A stretch of DNA of 64,000 bases, taken from NCBI GenBank assembly GCA_973895155.1, contig OZ316891.1:461558-525557 (forward strand), given 5' to 3'. This DNA is from Marsupella aquatica. Taxonomy: Eukaryota > Plantae > Marchantiophyta. This document shows positions 10,655-24,600 of the stretch, in pieces. The position numbers and the translations under genes are program-made. The notes below the pieces were generated by a model. That model was not told where the DNA came from. It worked only from the letters and a program-made list of their open reading frames with translations, and did not search any database. Every line of letters starts with the position of its first letter. Positions within the stretch are counted from its first letter, which is position 1.

Positions 10655-13133
10655 CTGGGTGTCTCCAATTGTGATAGTTCCCAAGAAAGCTGGACCCGAT
10701 GGTAAACCCAAGATCCGGGTTTGTCAGGATTACAGGAAGTTAAATGAGGCTACGTTGAAGGATCATTTTCCTTTACCCTTTACTGATATGGTGCTAGACA
10801 TGGTAGCCAGTCATGAACTATACTCATTCATGGATGGGTACTCTGGTTATAACCAAATCAGGATTAGGCAGGAGGACCAAATCAAGACGGCCTTCATCAC
10901 GGAATGGGGGATCTATGTCTTCAATCGTATGCCGTTTGGACTATGTAACGCACCAGCTATGTTCCAACGATTAATGGTGAACATTTTCCATGACTACTTG
11001 AGAAAGTTCATGGAAATCTTCATTGATGACTTTGCAGTATTCGGGAAGGCATCAAAACATGCTAAATACCTCAGGAAGACCTTCATGAGATGCAGAGAGG
11101 TAGGTCTCAAGTTACACCCAGATAAATGTTTCTTTGGAGTAACAGAAGGTGTGCTGCTGGGTCACAAGGTATCAAAGAAGGGCATTGAGATTGACAAGGG
11201 TAAGCTAGCAGTATGGCTAGATATCATGCAACCTAAGAACATAAAGGATGTGAGATCCTTCTTGGGGTGCATTGGGTATTATCGCCGGTTCATCAAGGAT
11301 TTTGCCAAGCTAGCTTTACCATTAACCAACATGCTCAAGGTAGGTGCAGACTTTGAACCCACACCCAAACGAGTAACTGCAGTGGTGGAATTGAAGCAAA
11401 TGTTAGTAGAGGCCCCAGTCATGATAGCACTAGACTGGAACAAGGATTTTAATGTCTTTGTAGATGTTTCAGGCTTCTGTATCGGCTCAGTATTAAGTCA
11501 GTTGGATGAGAAAGGAAGGGACCATCCCATATACTTTGCAAACCGCCAGCTTGCCGATGCCGAACGAAACTACTCCACCACAGAAAGAGAAGCATGAGGA
11601 GTCATTTATTCTTGTAAAAAGTTTAGGCATTATTTGCTAGGGTACAAAGTAATCTTTCATACTGATCATGAAAGTTTGAAATACTTAGTAAATAAGCCGG
11701 ACCTTACAGGCAGGGTAGCAAGATGGATTTTGCTATTACAAGAATTTGACTACGAGCTAAAAATCAAGCCGGGAAAGCTACACGCCAATGCCGACTTCTT
11801 TTCAAGGATCACAGGTGAACCTGCCACGGATTGCATCGATGATCGATTTCCCGACGAAGAGCTATTTGTTGTGGAAATGGCTGATACATGGTACCCTGAG
11901 ATTTTACAATTTCTAAGCACATCCAGATTATAGCCAGGGCTAAGCCGAGAGCAAGCCGCAGTCTTTTTGCGGAAGGTCAGACAGTATCAGTGCATTAAGG
12001 GTGTACTACACAGGTATGGAATCAGCGAAACGATTCAAAGGTGTTTGGAGAAGGGAGAGGTAAAACGAGTCTTACGGGCTATGCATGGAGAGGAGGCCGG
12101 AGGACATTTTGCTCCAATAACCACGTCTAAAAAGATATTAAATGCCGGTTACTGGTGGCCCACCTTGCACAAGGATGTCTATCAGTTTATCAAACAATGC
12201 GATCCTTGTCAGCGAGCGGGAGGACCAAGGGCGTCCACAAGACATCCACTGCACCCTATTCTACCTCTGGCACCATTCGAGAAGTGGGGTATTGATTACA
12301 TTGGACCTCTAAAACCATTGACCCATCCTCGGAGAAACAGGTACATAATCCTGGTCACGGATTATGCAACTAAGTGGGTAGAGGCCAGGCCAACAACGAA
12401 GGATGATGCAATTACTACGGCTCGATTCATGTATGAGCAGATCTTCACCAGGTATGGCGCACCCCTAGAATTAGTTAGTGATAGAGGTACCCATTTTCTG
12501 AATGATATAATCAGTTGTTTAAATGAGCAGTATTTAGTTAGACATAGGCCCACTACTCCTTACCACCCAAAGGCAAATGGGTTGATAGAACGAGCCAATG
12601 GAATTATAGGAAAAATATTAAACAAGACTGTAGCCCAAAATAAACTCGATTGGGATGATAAGTTGTTTGCTGCTATTTTTGCTTACAATTTAGCCTATAA
12701 ATCCACTACCGGTCATACACCATTTTTCTTAACCTTTGGGCAGGAGGCTCTGGTACCCATGCAACTTGAGATTCCTACATTTCAAGTTACAATTGAAGAG
12801 AGAGTCTCAGAGGAGGAAAGCCTAAAGGAGCGAGAATATAGATTAGAAGCCTTAGAAGAGGCAAGAATGATTTCAGCTGAGCGAGTAGAATATAGATAGA
12901 ATATCATGAAGCAACAATATGATAAAAAGTTGAAACCAGTTAGTATTCACACAGGAGATCTTGTATTACTTTATGACAGTAGGTATAGTAGGTTTCCAGG
13001 TAAACTTTACACTCGCTAGTTAGGACCCTTCAAGGTAACCATGAAGTTCTCCAATGGCTCCGTGCAACTGGCCAACATTACTGGAGAGGTGTACCCAGTT
13101 TGCATTCATTACGACCGCCTCAAGAAATACTAT
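10655..13133 (+). pseudogene. pol: Ty3/Gypsy pol fragment (RT, RNase H, integrase): single frame with four nonsense codons
   Basis: WVSPIVIVPKK...RVCQDYRKLN, MPFGLCNAPA, FIDDF; RNase H DVSGFCIGSVL, NYSTTERE; integrase H..GGH..CDPC, GIDYIG, SDRGTHF, IERAN, GPF motif. RT-RH-INT order is Gypsy-type. Confidence 0.92.
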
Positions 13134-13530
13134 TGTGGTGCGTCCCATGGCTCCCTAAACCCAAGAAATCCCCCTGCACAAGCCGATTCCTGCAGGTTTC
13201 GCTCTCGGCAAGGCCGATTCTGCGGCTTAGCGGCATGGGACGCTGCTAAACTTCTCTTTACTACTATTAACATTTTACACACATATACTGGACAGATCCT
13301 TCATCAGGTCATGAGATACGTAGCCGACCTAATCTAGGCCTTCCCTTGTCTTCCTCTCTGCTTTAGGTATGTTTGGATTCCGCCGCCGGAATGATCCCCA
13401 ACTGGCTTGGGTAAGCCGCTAAGACTTCTCTCAGCTCGACACATCCAACTCTTACTACCCTGCTTACTCCCTTCTCTTGGTTGATGTGGGCAATCTTCCA
13501 ACAAGTTAATGCGACACACAAATAGCAAAA
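13134..13530 (-). repeat. Third, truncated copy of the 4.65-kb LTR (terminal ~400 bp)
   Basis: Homologous to 1944-2353. Inserted at the end of the integrase frame and cut by a Sola-like TIR at 13531. Confidence 0.85.
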
Positions 13531-13916
13531 ATCAACCTATTCATTAAAAGTGTATTTTCTTTTGTTCACAAATGAGTCTTGAAATGTACACTTTCATGGC
13601 CCCAAATGTACACTTCAAGACACCCAAATGTACACTTTTGTGTCTCTAAATGTACACTTTATAGGCCAAATCACATTAGTATTATATTAATAAATAATAC
13701 ATATTATATTATTTAATAATTCACAGAGAAGTGGAGGATAGGAACTTATAAAAATATTTCATCCCCATTTAAGGACCAGATATTGTACACGTGAACAAAA
13801 TAACATCATTCCAAATAGATTATAAAATATCTTTATACAATTATCTGCAAATTTACAATGAATACGAACATATTTCTGGTACTATCCAAGGGGCTTAACA
13901 CAAGTCAATTAAATAT

Positions 13917-16900
13917 CTAAACCAAGTGCTCAGTACAATGTGTATTTGAGCATGTGCTCCTGTCTCCTTTCCTATCTACCGTATTGTCACGGTTGCAACG
14001 CCCTTTATTTTCAGGGAGTTGAAATCTGGTGGTGTTGTTCCTAATGGCTATAATCTCCCGCAAAAAGTGTCTGGGATTTTCTCTATATGGACCTGAATAG
14101 TCCTTTCCTAAAAATGATTTAGCAAGTGAGTTGAGAAGTGCATTGTCAAGTTCCGCCTTGGGACGTAAACTACATATACGGTGCTTTACATTCCAAGGGA
14201 TCTCATTGCTGTTGAGGTCCAACACACTATGCGTAAACTGTGACTTCCAAATTTTTGCTGCAAATCTCTTGCTAAGTTGATCATAAGTAATCTCATTTTT
14301 TGCCTTGTCTCTCTTCATGTGCAAAAGAGACCACTTTGGAGAGTTGAGAAGAAGATAACATCGAATGTCACTTGCATGTGATAGTTTCTCAAGACATGGC
14401 CAAAGAATTGCTAAGAAAATTATCTCCACGATTGGCATGCCTGTAGGGTGTAGTTTGCCATAGAGAACCAAAAATCACATTTTAAAGTCTCCAAACTCGG
14501 TATTCGTTCCCTTTAAGAACAAGATGGGGTTGGTTTGATGTAATAAACTAAAAACAAAGCTTTAAGCTCTTGTGTCACACATAGTAATCAATCTTGACTA
14601 CTTTAATCAGGTACTTTGAAGATCGCTCCACAGCGGTGAGTAGTTTTTGATGATAACTCAACATCAGATAACCTTCAATTAAGCAAAAGATTGCAATTAA
14701 CAAAACACAAGGAAAAATCTCTCAGAGTATGCTTAAGGGAGTCTGGAATAGACCAAGGTTACTCCTTAGACATAAGTAATAATGGAATGACTTTAAGGGA
14801 ATCCAAATCCACACGGCTTTTCAGATCTAAACTGCATACTAGAGTATCCTTTTAAAATGCCGGCAACATGTCTTGACCTTTCTTCCTAAGTGATACTTAG
14901 TCAAGATCTAAAAGGATAAATACTTCAGCATTTAGATGGTACTAAGCAACATGAAGGTGAAAACATCATTTCCAATGTAACTTAAACTCAATGAGTTAAC
15001 TCTAAGAACTTGTGAGATTACAATGTGTCACCAAAGCGGAATCTGACATTATAATTCACGAGATTCATAACTGAGGTTTTACTTCAAGTATTTGGGTTCC
15101 AAAATACAAGAAGGAGGTAAGTCTCTCCAAATGTTAAACCTGATCTCGAACTCATAGATTCATGATCAACTAGTTTAACACAAGGGAGAGGCAAAACTGC
15201 AAAAACTTAACCATCTCTCTACACTAGGGGAAGAGGTATAAATAGTGATGAACTACAGAATAAGAGGTCACAGGGTCGAAGAGACATGCCTCTTCATAAC
15301 CCTCAAAAAGTCAAAACGACGATTCAATAAGTGGAAAGCCGGAAAAAAAAAAATGGCTAAGTATGAACTCTTAAACTCTTAAAAACTTAAACTCTTAAAA
15401 ACGTAAAAACTTAAACTCTTAAACTCTTAATTTCAGTATACTAAAAATTGAGTAGATTCAACTATTTTTAACTTTCTACTCCTGGTTCGGAAAACTCTGA
15501 AATTTTTCCAGCAGGGTTTCCTAGGTACAGACTACAGCCTAAAGAAGTATGACAGCTTCTAAAGCTCTAGAACACATTTAGAAAAATTGGTAAAAGTACT
15601 ATACTTTTCAATACTAGCTAAAAATATAGTCTCCTTCAAGCTTGTTGTCGAATATCATCGGGTTCGAGCAGCTCCACGTAGGTGACAGTCCGATTCTGTG
15701 TTACCTCCATCAGCTCAGTCTGACGTGGTGATCCTCGAGAGTAGGGTAGGCACCTTAGTTGTCTCTCAGGATACATCAAAGGCATTCGCTTCATCAAATA
15801 ACATGAATCTATACGAAGAGCTTCTCTGTATATCCCGATCACATCATAGTTGTTGCAGGTGGCAGCATATACTTGGGGATAGTGATGCAGAAACTCATCA
15901 CTATTCATCATCCTGGAATAGAAGGGTCGAAGTCTCCATTTGACATCTCTGAAATACCGGTTGAAGCTGGGCAGAGTTTGAGAGGTAAGGTGGAAGAGAA
16001 GTCAGTAATGAGCGCCTATGTCTTGCATTCCTTCCCTCTTCAAGGCCTGCTCCTCGTTTTGTTGCAAAGTCCCGTTGGAGTTAGCCGAGCCTGTCACAAT
16101 CGCGGGGCTCGCCAGTTCGCAAGTCGCAACTCTTAAAGTCGTAAAGTCTTAAAGTAGGGTTTACTCGTAAACCCTTAAACTCTTAAACTATTAAACACTT
16201 CAACTCTTCAACTCTTAAACTCTTAAACTATTAAAGTAGGGTTTACTCGTAAACCCGTAAACTCTTAAAACACTTCAACTCTTCAACTCTTAAACTCTTA
16301 ATCTTCGGCAGAGTTTAGTTTACTCGAGTTATCAGCAAATATAGTTTAACTACTTCAAAAATTTAAAAATTTTCCGGTTTTCTTCATGACTTTGGAATTA
16401 CTGCCTATCTACATAGGGCACTGGAAATAATCCGATCATGTCTGGGTTGACAAATGCCTTAAGGGGGGAGTCATCCACAAGGAGGGTGTTGGTTTCATCA
16501 TATAGATCTGCAAATGCATTCCATACCACCTGAAAATCCTTCAGTAGCACATTTGCCTTTCCGTTTGTAATGTCACACCTTTGAATGCCTGTGTCAAAAG
16601 CTTCCACCTGTGTGAATACAAACTGGAGTTTTGACCTCTCCTCATCAGTGAACATCATGTTCAACATTTTCATTGTTTGCGGTATCCCAACACATGTCCA
16701 AATTGCAACGTCAAATCTGTCAAAAACCAACTTTAGAAACTCATGGAGCCCTGGTCATTCTGTATACATGCGACTAATACCATTTTTTCTATCCCAATGC
16801 ACTCCACTTGAGGTGACAATATTCCTGGATGTGCCCTTGCTTTGGAATTCAATAGAATCCCAAAGTATTTTATTAAGGTCCAAAATCAGCAACTTCCGCT

Positions 16901-17018
16901 TGACAGGACCAGGTCTCGATTCTGCAAGTGCACCAAACACCATTCTCAGAGAAAAGACCAAAAGTGAACTTTGGATTAGGATTGTCTCAGTCCAAAAATG
17001 CAAGACAATGGCTGACAA
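13917..17018 (-). pseudogene. FCP1/NIF-type HAD-domain gene, disrupted copy
   Basis: Pieces of 87, 110 and 184 aa match the 377-aa ORF at 31878-33011. A CGA>TGA stop at 16755 and a solo-LTR insertion disrupt it. Confidence 0.8.
14449..16413. mobile_element. Solo LTR A, 1,965 bp
   Basis: TGTAG...CTACA ends with 5-bp TSD TAGGG (14444-14448 / 16414-16418). Absent from the homologous site at ~32406. Inverted homologue of 18672-20536. Confidence 0.88.
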
Positions 17019-17160
17019 AAAAGAAAATTAACCTACATACCATTTTTAGAAGCCTCACAATGTGTAGACAAATATGGAGACTTTAATTGGTGACCACATT
17101 CTGTGAGACCGAGAAGTATTTTAGATTGATATGAATAAATAGAAAGTCAAAGGCTGAATT

Positions 17161-20100
17161 TCATTCCAAAATAAGAGATCCGTATTCATCAATAATCATG
17201 TCAGCACCAAGCTCCTGTTGGATTTCAAAATTGACATCTGAAGTACTTTGTTCTACCCAATAAGGTGAAGTCCAAACAGGAGTTATCAACCCCAATTCTC
17301 CCCTCTTATACTCCTCCTTATTGAGAATTGAAGGAGCAGCATCCAATGATATTTCTTGGCCTCGATTTGGCCCACTTTTCCACACGTAACATCGTGCGTT
17401 GCATTCCAATGACCTCCATCCAGTTGATCCAACTCTATTTCCTTTCTTTTTTGAGAGCGGAAGGATAATAGGACACCCCGAGTGTGAACGAACGAACACC
17501 AATTTGTCATCAGAAGTTGAAAAGAGTGTGTCAGGACAAGTTGAAGCACCTGCCTGGTTGTCAGCAGCCGTTGATGCATTTTCTCCTGGATTGATGGGAA
17601 TGTCAGGCAATCCGCCAATCTCCCCCAGAGTCAATTCTTTAGTTTCAGCTTTATTTGAATCTCCAAGCCTCGTTGCGCCTTCATTGATCAGATTGGTTGA
17701 AGAAAGATGATCAAACGTATAAACCCTTGCTCCTTCTAGTTGCTCCATCTATCCTCCCGACGGTGTTGGATTGGGATCATCCTTGTCCAAGTTATCATCA
17801 ACTTGAACTTCATTGGGCCCCGGAGGGATGTCATCTAAACCAGATGAACGGTTTGGTGCAAGTCCAATATCATCATCTACATCGTAAGGCTCACCTTGAC
17901 CAACACGATCATCCAAATTCTTGACATATGCCTCCTCCGATGCCTCTACGCCTTCAGCCACTTTGTTAGCAACATCTTCAGACTCGGAACCATCGGATTC
18001 AACAGCGACAGCTACAGCCGCAACAGTGGTAGTCCATTGTCGAGAATTTTCAGCAAGTGATTCACAATGGGCTTTAAGTAAGGGAACTCTCTCGCAAAGG
18101 TAGGAAGCAAAAGCTTCCACAAAATGCCTATCGGAGTGAGAGTCACAATAAACAAAGCATTCCCTATCGCAAAAAAATGATGTCTTCATGACTTGGCCAC
18201 CAAAGAAAAAATCTAGAACCAAATCTCTCGGTTCTGACAAGGATTCAATAATCCTTCGGATCATCCGCGTGGGTTTGGCATGAGGATTAACCCACCCTCC
18301 GCGACTGCCAACTGTCTCAAATCGAGGGGCCATATTCATAATCTTGACGGCCTCTTTCGGGTCCAAAACCACTTTTAGGTCGTCGTTTTGTGTCCCCTCA
18401 TCTGATTCCTTAGCCTTCCCCTTTCCCTTGTCGATTTTGCATACTTCGTAATCAACATCCTTTGAAGTATACAAAAATTTTGGCTTTGGATAGTTGGGCT
18501 TGAAAACTTCATTCCAATTGACGTCTTCATCTCGAGAAATCCCCGCAAAGATAACTTCTTCAATCCCCCCACCCCAACATGAGTCATGAGGGTGCGGTTG
18601 ATCATCTAGAGAATAACTCCCATACTCAATGTGAATGGTCAAAGCTTTCTCTTGTCCCAATTTACGAAGGGTGTAAGTAGTGGGTAATTCCAAAAGCATG
18701 AAGAAACTGAAAATTTTTAAATTTTTTACGGTGTTTAGACTGCAATTATTGCTAACTGTAACTAAAACAGCATTCAAAGTTACTAAGTTCCTAAGTTACG
18801 AGTAAACTCAGTTTACGAGTTTACTAGTTCACTTCTTTACGAGTTACACCTTAAGATTTGGCGACTCTGTGATCGTGACATCTTACAACTAGTTCAACGG
18901 GACTCCACAACGGATGAAGAGCTCACCTTGAAAGGGAAGGAATGCAAGACATAGGCGCTCATTACTGACTTCTCTTCCACCTTACCTCTCAAACTCTGCC
19001 CAGCTTCAACCGGTATTTCAGAGATGTCAAATGGAGACTTCGACCCTTCTATTCCAGGATGATGATGATGAGTTTCTGCATCACTATCCCCAAGTATATG
19101 GTGCCACCTGCAACAACTATGATGTACTAGGGATATACAGAGAAGCTCTTCGTATAGATTCCTGTTATTTGATGAAGCGAATACCTTTGATGTATCCTGA
19201 GAGACAACTAAGGTGCCTACCCTACTCTAGAGGATCACCACGTCAGACTGAGCTGATGGAGGTAACACAGAATCGGACTGTCACCTACGTGGAGCTGCTC
19301 GAACCCGATGATATTCGACAACAAGCTTGAAGGAGACTATCTTTTTAGCTAGTATTGAAAAGTATAGTACTTTTACCAATTTTTCTAAATGTGTTGTAGA
19401 GCTTTAAAAGCTATGAGACTTCTTTAGGCTGTAGTCTGTACCTAGGAAACCCTGCTGGAAAAATTTCAGAGTTTTCCGAACCAGGAGTAGAAAGTTAAAA
19501 ATAGTTGAATCTACTCAATTTTTAGTATACCGAAATTAAGAGTTTAAGAGTTTAAGTTTTTACGTTTTTAAGAGTTTAAGTTTTTACGTTTTTAAGAGTT
19601 TAAGTTTTTAAGAGTTTAAGAGTTCATACTTAGCCATTTTTTCCGGCTTTCCACTTATTGAATCGTCGTTTTGACTTTTTGAGGGTTATGAAGAGGCATG
19701 TCTCTTCGACCCTGTGACCTCTTATTCTGTAGTTCATCACTATTTATACCTCTTCCCCTAGTGTAGAGAGATGGTTAAGTTTTGCAGTTTTGCCTCTCCC
19801 TTGTGTTAAACTAGTTGATCATGAATCTATGAGTTCGAGATCAGGTTTAACATTTGGAGAGACTTACCTCCTTCTTGTATTTTGGAACCCAAATACTTGA
19901 AGTAAAACCTCAGTTATGAATCTCGTGAATTATAATGTCAGATTCCGCTTTGGTGACACATTGTAATCTCACAAGTTCTTAGAGTTAACTCATTGAGTTT
20001 AAGTTGCATTGGAAATGATGTTTCCACCTTCATGTTGCTTAGTACCATCTAAATGCTGAAGTATTTATCCTTTTAGATCTTGACTAAGTATCACTTAGGA

Positions 20101-20920
20101 AGAAAGGTCAAGACATGTTGCCAGCATTTTAAAAGGATACTCTAGTATGCAGTTTAGATCTGAAAAGCCGTGTGGATTTGGATTCCCTTAAAGTCATTCC
20201 ATTATTACTTATGTCTAAGGAGTAACCTTGGTCTATTCCAGACTCCCTTAAGCATACTCTGAGAGATTTTTCCTTGTGTTTTGTTAATTGCAATCTTTTG
20301 CTTAATTGAAGGTTATCTGATGTTGAGTTATCATCAAAAACTACTCACCGCTGTGGAGCGATCTTCAAAGTACCTGATTAAAGTAGTCAAGATTGATTAC
20401 TATGTGTGACACAAGAGCTTAAAACTTTGTTTTTTAGTTTATTACATCAAACCAACCCCATCTTGTTCTTAAAGGGAACGAATACCGAGTTTAGAGACTT
20501 TAAAATGTGATTTTTGGTTCTCTATGGCAAACTACAAAGGGCACCATGGACATTCAATGCAAGTTGTCCAGGATGAACTGTTATCGTCACAACAATCGTG
20601 GGATTTTGTGGAAGCTCCACAATATATTCAAAGAGAACAAGAAGCTCTGCTTCAGTCCATTGTTTTTGCGGAAGCCGGCTAAAATCAACAATGGCAAGAG
20701 GGCAGGTCGGAGGAGCTTCTTGCAATGACTCTGGATCAATGGTCTTCATGAGATTGTCGCTAAAAAATGTAACCCATGGTAGGGTCCGAGAACGTGATCC
20801 TCCGCCAAATTTCTGGCAGTATATATCATCTAGGCGGAATGCCAATGCCGTCGGCAAGATTGCGCTCTCCCGCGTATGAATTGGCTTTAAAAGGTTGGCA
20901 AGATAGACCTCGCCAGCGGC
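17161..20920 (-). pseudogene. 3' part of the ParB/amino-MTase-like cargo gene, disrupted copy
   Basis: The 195-aa, 342-aa and 159-aa ORFs match the 788-aa ORF at 33154-35520. Disrupted by a CAG>TAG stop at 17749, a solo LTR and truncation at 20920. Confidence 0.8.
18672..20536. mobile_element. Solo LTR B, 1,865 bp, inverted relative to solo LTR A
   Basis: TGTAAG...CTACA ends with 5-bp TSD AAGGG (18667-18671 / 20537-20541). Absent from the homologous site at ~34660. Confidence 0.88.
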
Positions 20921-21679
20921 GGGGGATCTCTCCGTGACAGCAAACAGCAAACAGTAAACAACAAACAGCAAACAGCAAAACTCATACCAGCAAATGTGCA
21001 CCCAAAAAAGACACCAAAGGGTATGAAAATATTGTCACATATATTGGACGTGAAGCGGCCATTGAGTACATTTATACTAGCGCCGGGCGCTATAAGGAAA
21101 ACAACCAAATAAAAACCTCTTTGAACTACCGGCTACAGTAATAGCGTCGGGCGCTACTCCAATCCGACACATCACAGTGTTCTTATTGAGTGTCGTCGTT
21201 CTCCATAAATGGGTAAATAAAACAAGGAAAACTAAAGACCAGATCCACAACCACCACTCGACTCTAAGCCCGATTCAGAACCGCTACTTTCTGATCTATC
21301 AGTGGACTCTGCTTCGTCGTCCACATACTTGGATTTTGCAATATCATCTACGAAGTGATTCTGCACAAACTTTCTATCTGAGCCTCTCCTGAGTCTAAGA
21401 CCCTTACTCTCCCAAGTAAGCGTCCTGACTGAATCTGCTCGTCGTGCCGCCTTTTCAGCATAAGAGGGGAGAACAAATGGCTTCTCCAGGGTCTGTACAA
21501 TGTTCCTAGAGATGTTCCTTCGAAGTTGAAAATGCCTCCAAAGATTCCACTCTGACCTGAGAATTTGAACTGGAGTTCTTTAGTCGAAGTCGGGAAATCG
21601 GGCGAATTTTCTAGACAAAAGGGAGTAAAGGAGTTTTTTGGAAAAAAGTATACAATGAGAGAAAGAAAGCTAAAGAAAA

Positions 21680-24600
21680 TTACTCTTCTGACTCTTCACT
21701 GTCCTCATCTCCAGATCCAAGGTCCACCACATTCTTTGACACCTCATCATCTTTAGATTGCTGAGAAGCATTTCCACCCTCATCCTCGTCTTCCAAATCA
21801 AAATTTAGAATAGCACGGAGCATGTCCTGCTTCTTACTTCCAGGAATCTTCTTAGGAGGAGTTGGTGCAACCACTTCTTTGTTCTGTAAAAGATTGAGGA
21901 AGACCTTACCGGAAGTATCAACAAACTCTGGCCGATTTTCCAGCCCAACAACAAAGCGACCAGAATAATCTCCAGCCACAAACATACTACCGGAACCTAC
22001 TGTCCAGTCCATAACGATATCTCCAGGAAGAGTCACCAATTCCAAAATAGTTTGCATGAAACCCACAGGCAATCGTGAATTTCCTGCAAATTGGAGCTCA
22101 GGAGTCGCGTCATGTCGCGGCAACGAAAACCCAATAATGTTAGTGACAGAAGGGTCTTCTTCATTCGATAGTGGCCGGAACTTGGGGTCTTTCGGGACCC
22201 TTCCCTTTGTCGAAATGCGGCAAAATATATTAAGAGTAAGTGTGAATATCTGCAACACAGTTTCCCAATGAAGGCAGTATAAGAAAACAGACACATATAT
22301 TAGCGCTTGGCGCTAGTCAACCATTCATCCTTACGAAAGATAAGTGAATTGTAGATATTGCGAATGCTGATAGTAGCGTCGGGCGCTAGTATGTGCAAGA
22401 CGAATTGTTACCTGAGTATCAGATCGGGGCCTATACATTGGTGTAGTCATGACCACATGGTGGGTTGAAATACACTGGAAACACTTAGAATCGTGGCAAG
22501 CCGCAATCACTTCAGATACCTGATCATAGTCTCCTCTGTGTAAAATTGCAAGTAGGCCATCGTCTGCAAGGAACGGCTCCATGGCTCGAAAGAAAGAGCT
22601 GGGAATAGTGTAATCCTGAAGGTTCCACTTGGGAACCTTCCGATCAAGAAGTGTTGGTTTTAATCCAGTGGGAATGTAGATGAAACCAGCATCCACACCA
22701 AAGCCCCTCTCTTTTCCGCCACGCATTACTCCCTTCTCTCTGTCTCCTGACTTTACCAATTCCTTTCCCCAGGCCTCAACTTTAGTAACCCACATGGGCT
22801 TCATCCCCTTGTTAAATACCGAATCGTAAAATTCGTTTAAATTGGACTCCACAAAACAGTGTCTAGAACACCTTCGCTTAAAATTCCCGACATCTCTCTG
22901 GAGTCCACAGGAAATAACGTCTCGAGTAGATGATGCTGCTTTGTCCTCACCGACGCCTCTCTTTTTCTTTTTCTTCGTGCTAGTTGCGTCAAGAGGGACA
23001 ATGGATTTGCCAGCACCATCCGGAGTCCCTTGATCCGGGGTTTCTTGAGCTCCAGTGTTTGCCTCCGATGCCTGAGGAGTTGCATCATTCTTCCCTTCGG
23101 CAGCCGGGACCTCCGTGTCGGACTTTCGACCTCCTGTTAGGCACAGAAACTTGAATGAGTCCAACCTTTCAGACTAGCGCCAGGCGCTATTAATCAAAGG
23201 AATTTCCAAATGAAACTCTTGCATAAGCAGCGCCAACAAGTAACCAAAAAGCGCTTAGACTACTCACTTTTCTTGAAGGACCTTGTGGAGTCACTTGGTG
23301 CAGCCGACTCATTCTTCGCCTTTGCTCTTGGCTTACGGCTTCGGTCAACGTGCATGACAAGAGACTCACAATTCTTCTGTAACTCAGATGCAGATTCGTC
23401 AACATCACACTGGAGACCTTGCTTCATTGCAGACACATAGTTGGCAGGGATCTGGGACTTCTGCAACTTCATGAAGGCATCCTTCTCAGCTTCGTCGAAT
23501 GGTAAATCTCATTTGTCTGTGTCGACGTACCACGGACAGTGAAGTCTCTCCCACTCCGACAATGAACGTGGTGGAAACTTTCCCTCCGCTGGGTACATCG
23601 AATAAAGGTCGGCAAGAGCGTCTCCCTCTTCGATAGACACCCATTTCTGAAATGCAGCCGGGTATGCCCACAGAGTGTCAGGAGATCTAAGCTCCATCCA
23701 CATGTAAAACCGGTATAGATATCGTTTGGCTCTCTTCCGGTTCCGCTCTGTGTAATCTTCCTTGTCCGCATATTTGGAAGGCCACAAGTTGTTGAAGAAT
23801 TTTGCCTTGACAAGATCCCCAAAGTTTTTGAATTCATCGAGAATGATCTTAAGCATGGCCTCCATTGACTCACACCCAGACTTTGTGAGACGATCAGCCG
23901 GCATCCGGTCAGAAATCTGTTTGAAAGAAGTGTGAAGCATTCCAGTTGCAATTCCCTCCACAGAATTCCAAGTATGCCATGTATGGCACCACTGCTTCAC
24001 AGGCTCATCGTTGACACTTGCAGGATGGAAAAACTGTTTCCGAATCTCGGGAGTGCAGTGGGCTACTAGAAGGGTGCACCTCAATTTTGGATCCAGGTAT
24101 GAAATAGCAGTAAACAACCTGGCTCGATCCATTGTGCATACAACTATGTCTGGCTTCTTCTCCCGTTTGTTCTTCTCAGTTACGGGATACATCTCAGCAC
24201 AGGTTCCCAAATAATCTCCAAAATCCGGATGAAGTAAAGGGGTGATCTTCGTCACCTTGATTGACCAATCTTTGGTCGCCTCCTTCATCATTGCCTCATG
24301 CCTCTTTGTGGTCTCCTCTTCTGACCAAGAAGCCCCTTGAGCTTTGGCTAAAGCCATATCAGACTTAAATTGATTTGAGTAAGACTTGATTTTGTCCACA
24401 CACAGAATGTAGATGAGAGCATCCTGTGGCATTTTATGTGTAAACCAAGACCCCTTTCTTGTCTTCTTTCGGATCGCCTCAAACTTTGCCATGTTCGCGC
24501 TGTCGATGAGTGGCTTATAGTGATCAAGATCACGCGACAGAATTTGGGAAATTCTGTCCGCGTCAAGAATCCAGGAAGGCTTGACAACTGCTTGTCCAAG

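Larger units (their letters stand above)
13531..20920. mobile_element. Truncated second copy of the Sola1-like transposon (left arm only), containing two solo LTRs
   Basis: Starts with the same TIR ATCAACCTATTCATTAAAAGTGTATT as 31496 and is colinear with 31496-35044 once the solo LTRs are removed. It stops at the GGGGG end of the Mutator-like element. Confidence 0.88.

Noticed and set aside
13134-13530. 3' LTR of the plus-strand pol at 10655-13133
   Set aside because: There is no polypurine tract, it interrupts the integrase frame, and the PBS at 1922-1939 shows this LTR family is minus-oriented.
19031-19330. 99-aa ORF (and the 91-aa inverted copy at 15636-15911) as a real gene
   Set aside because: Short, with no recognisable motif; its recurrence is explained by near-identity of the two solo LTRs.
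13531-20920. Segmental duplication of 31496-35044
   Set aside because: Homology starts exactly at the TIR and the flanks differ, so it is an independent transposon copy.
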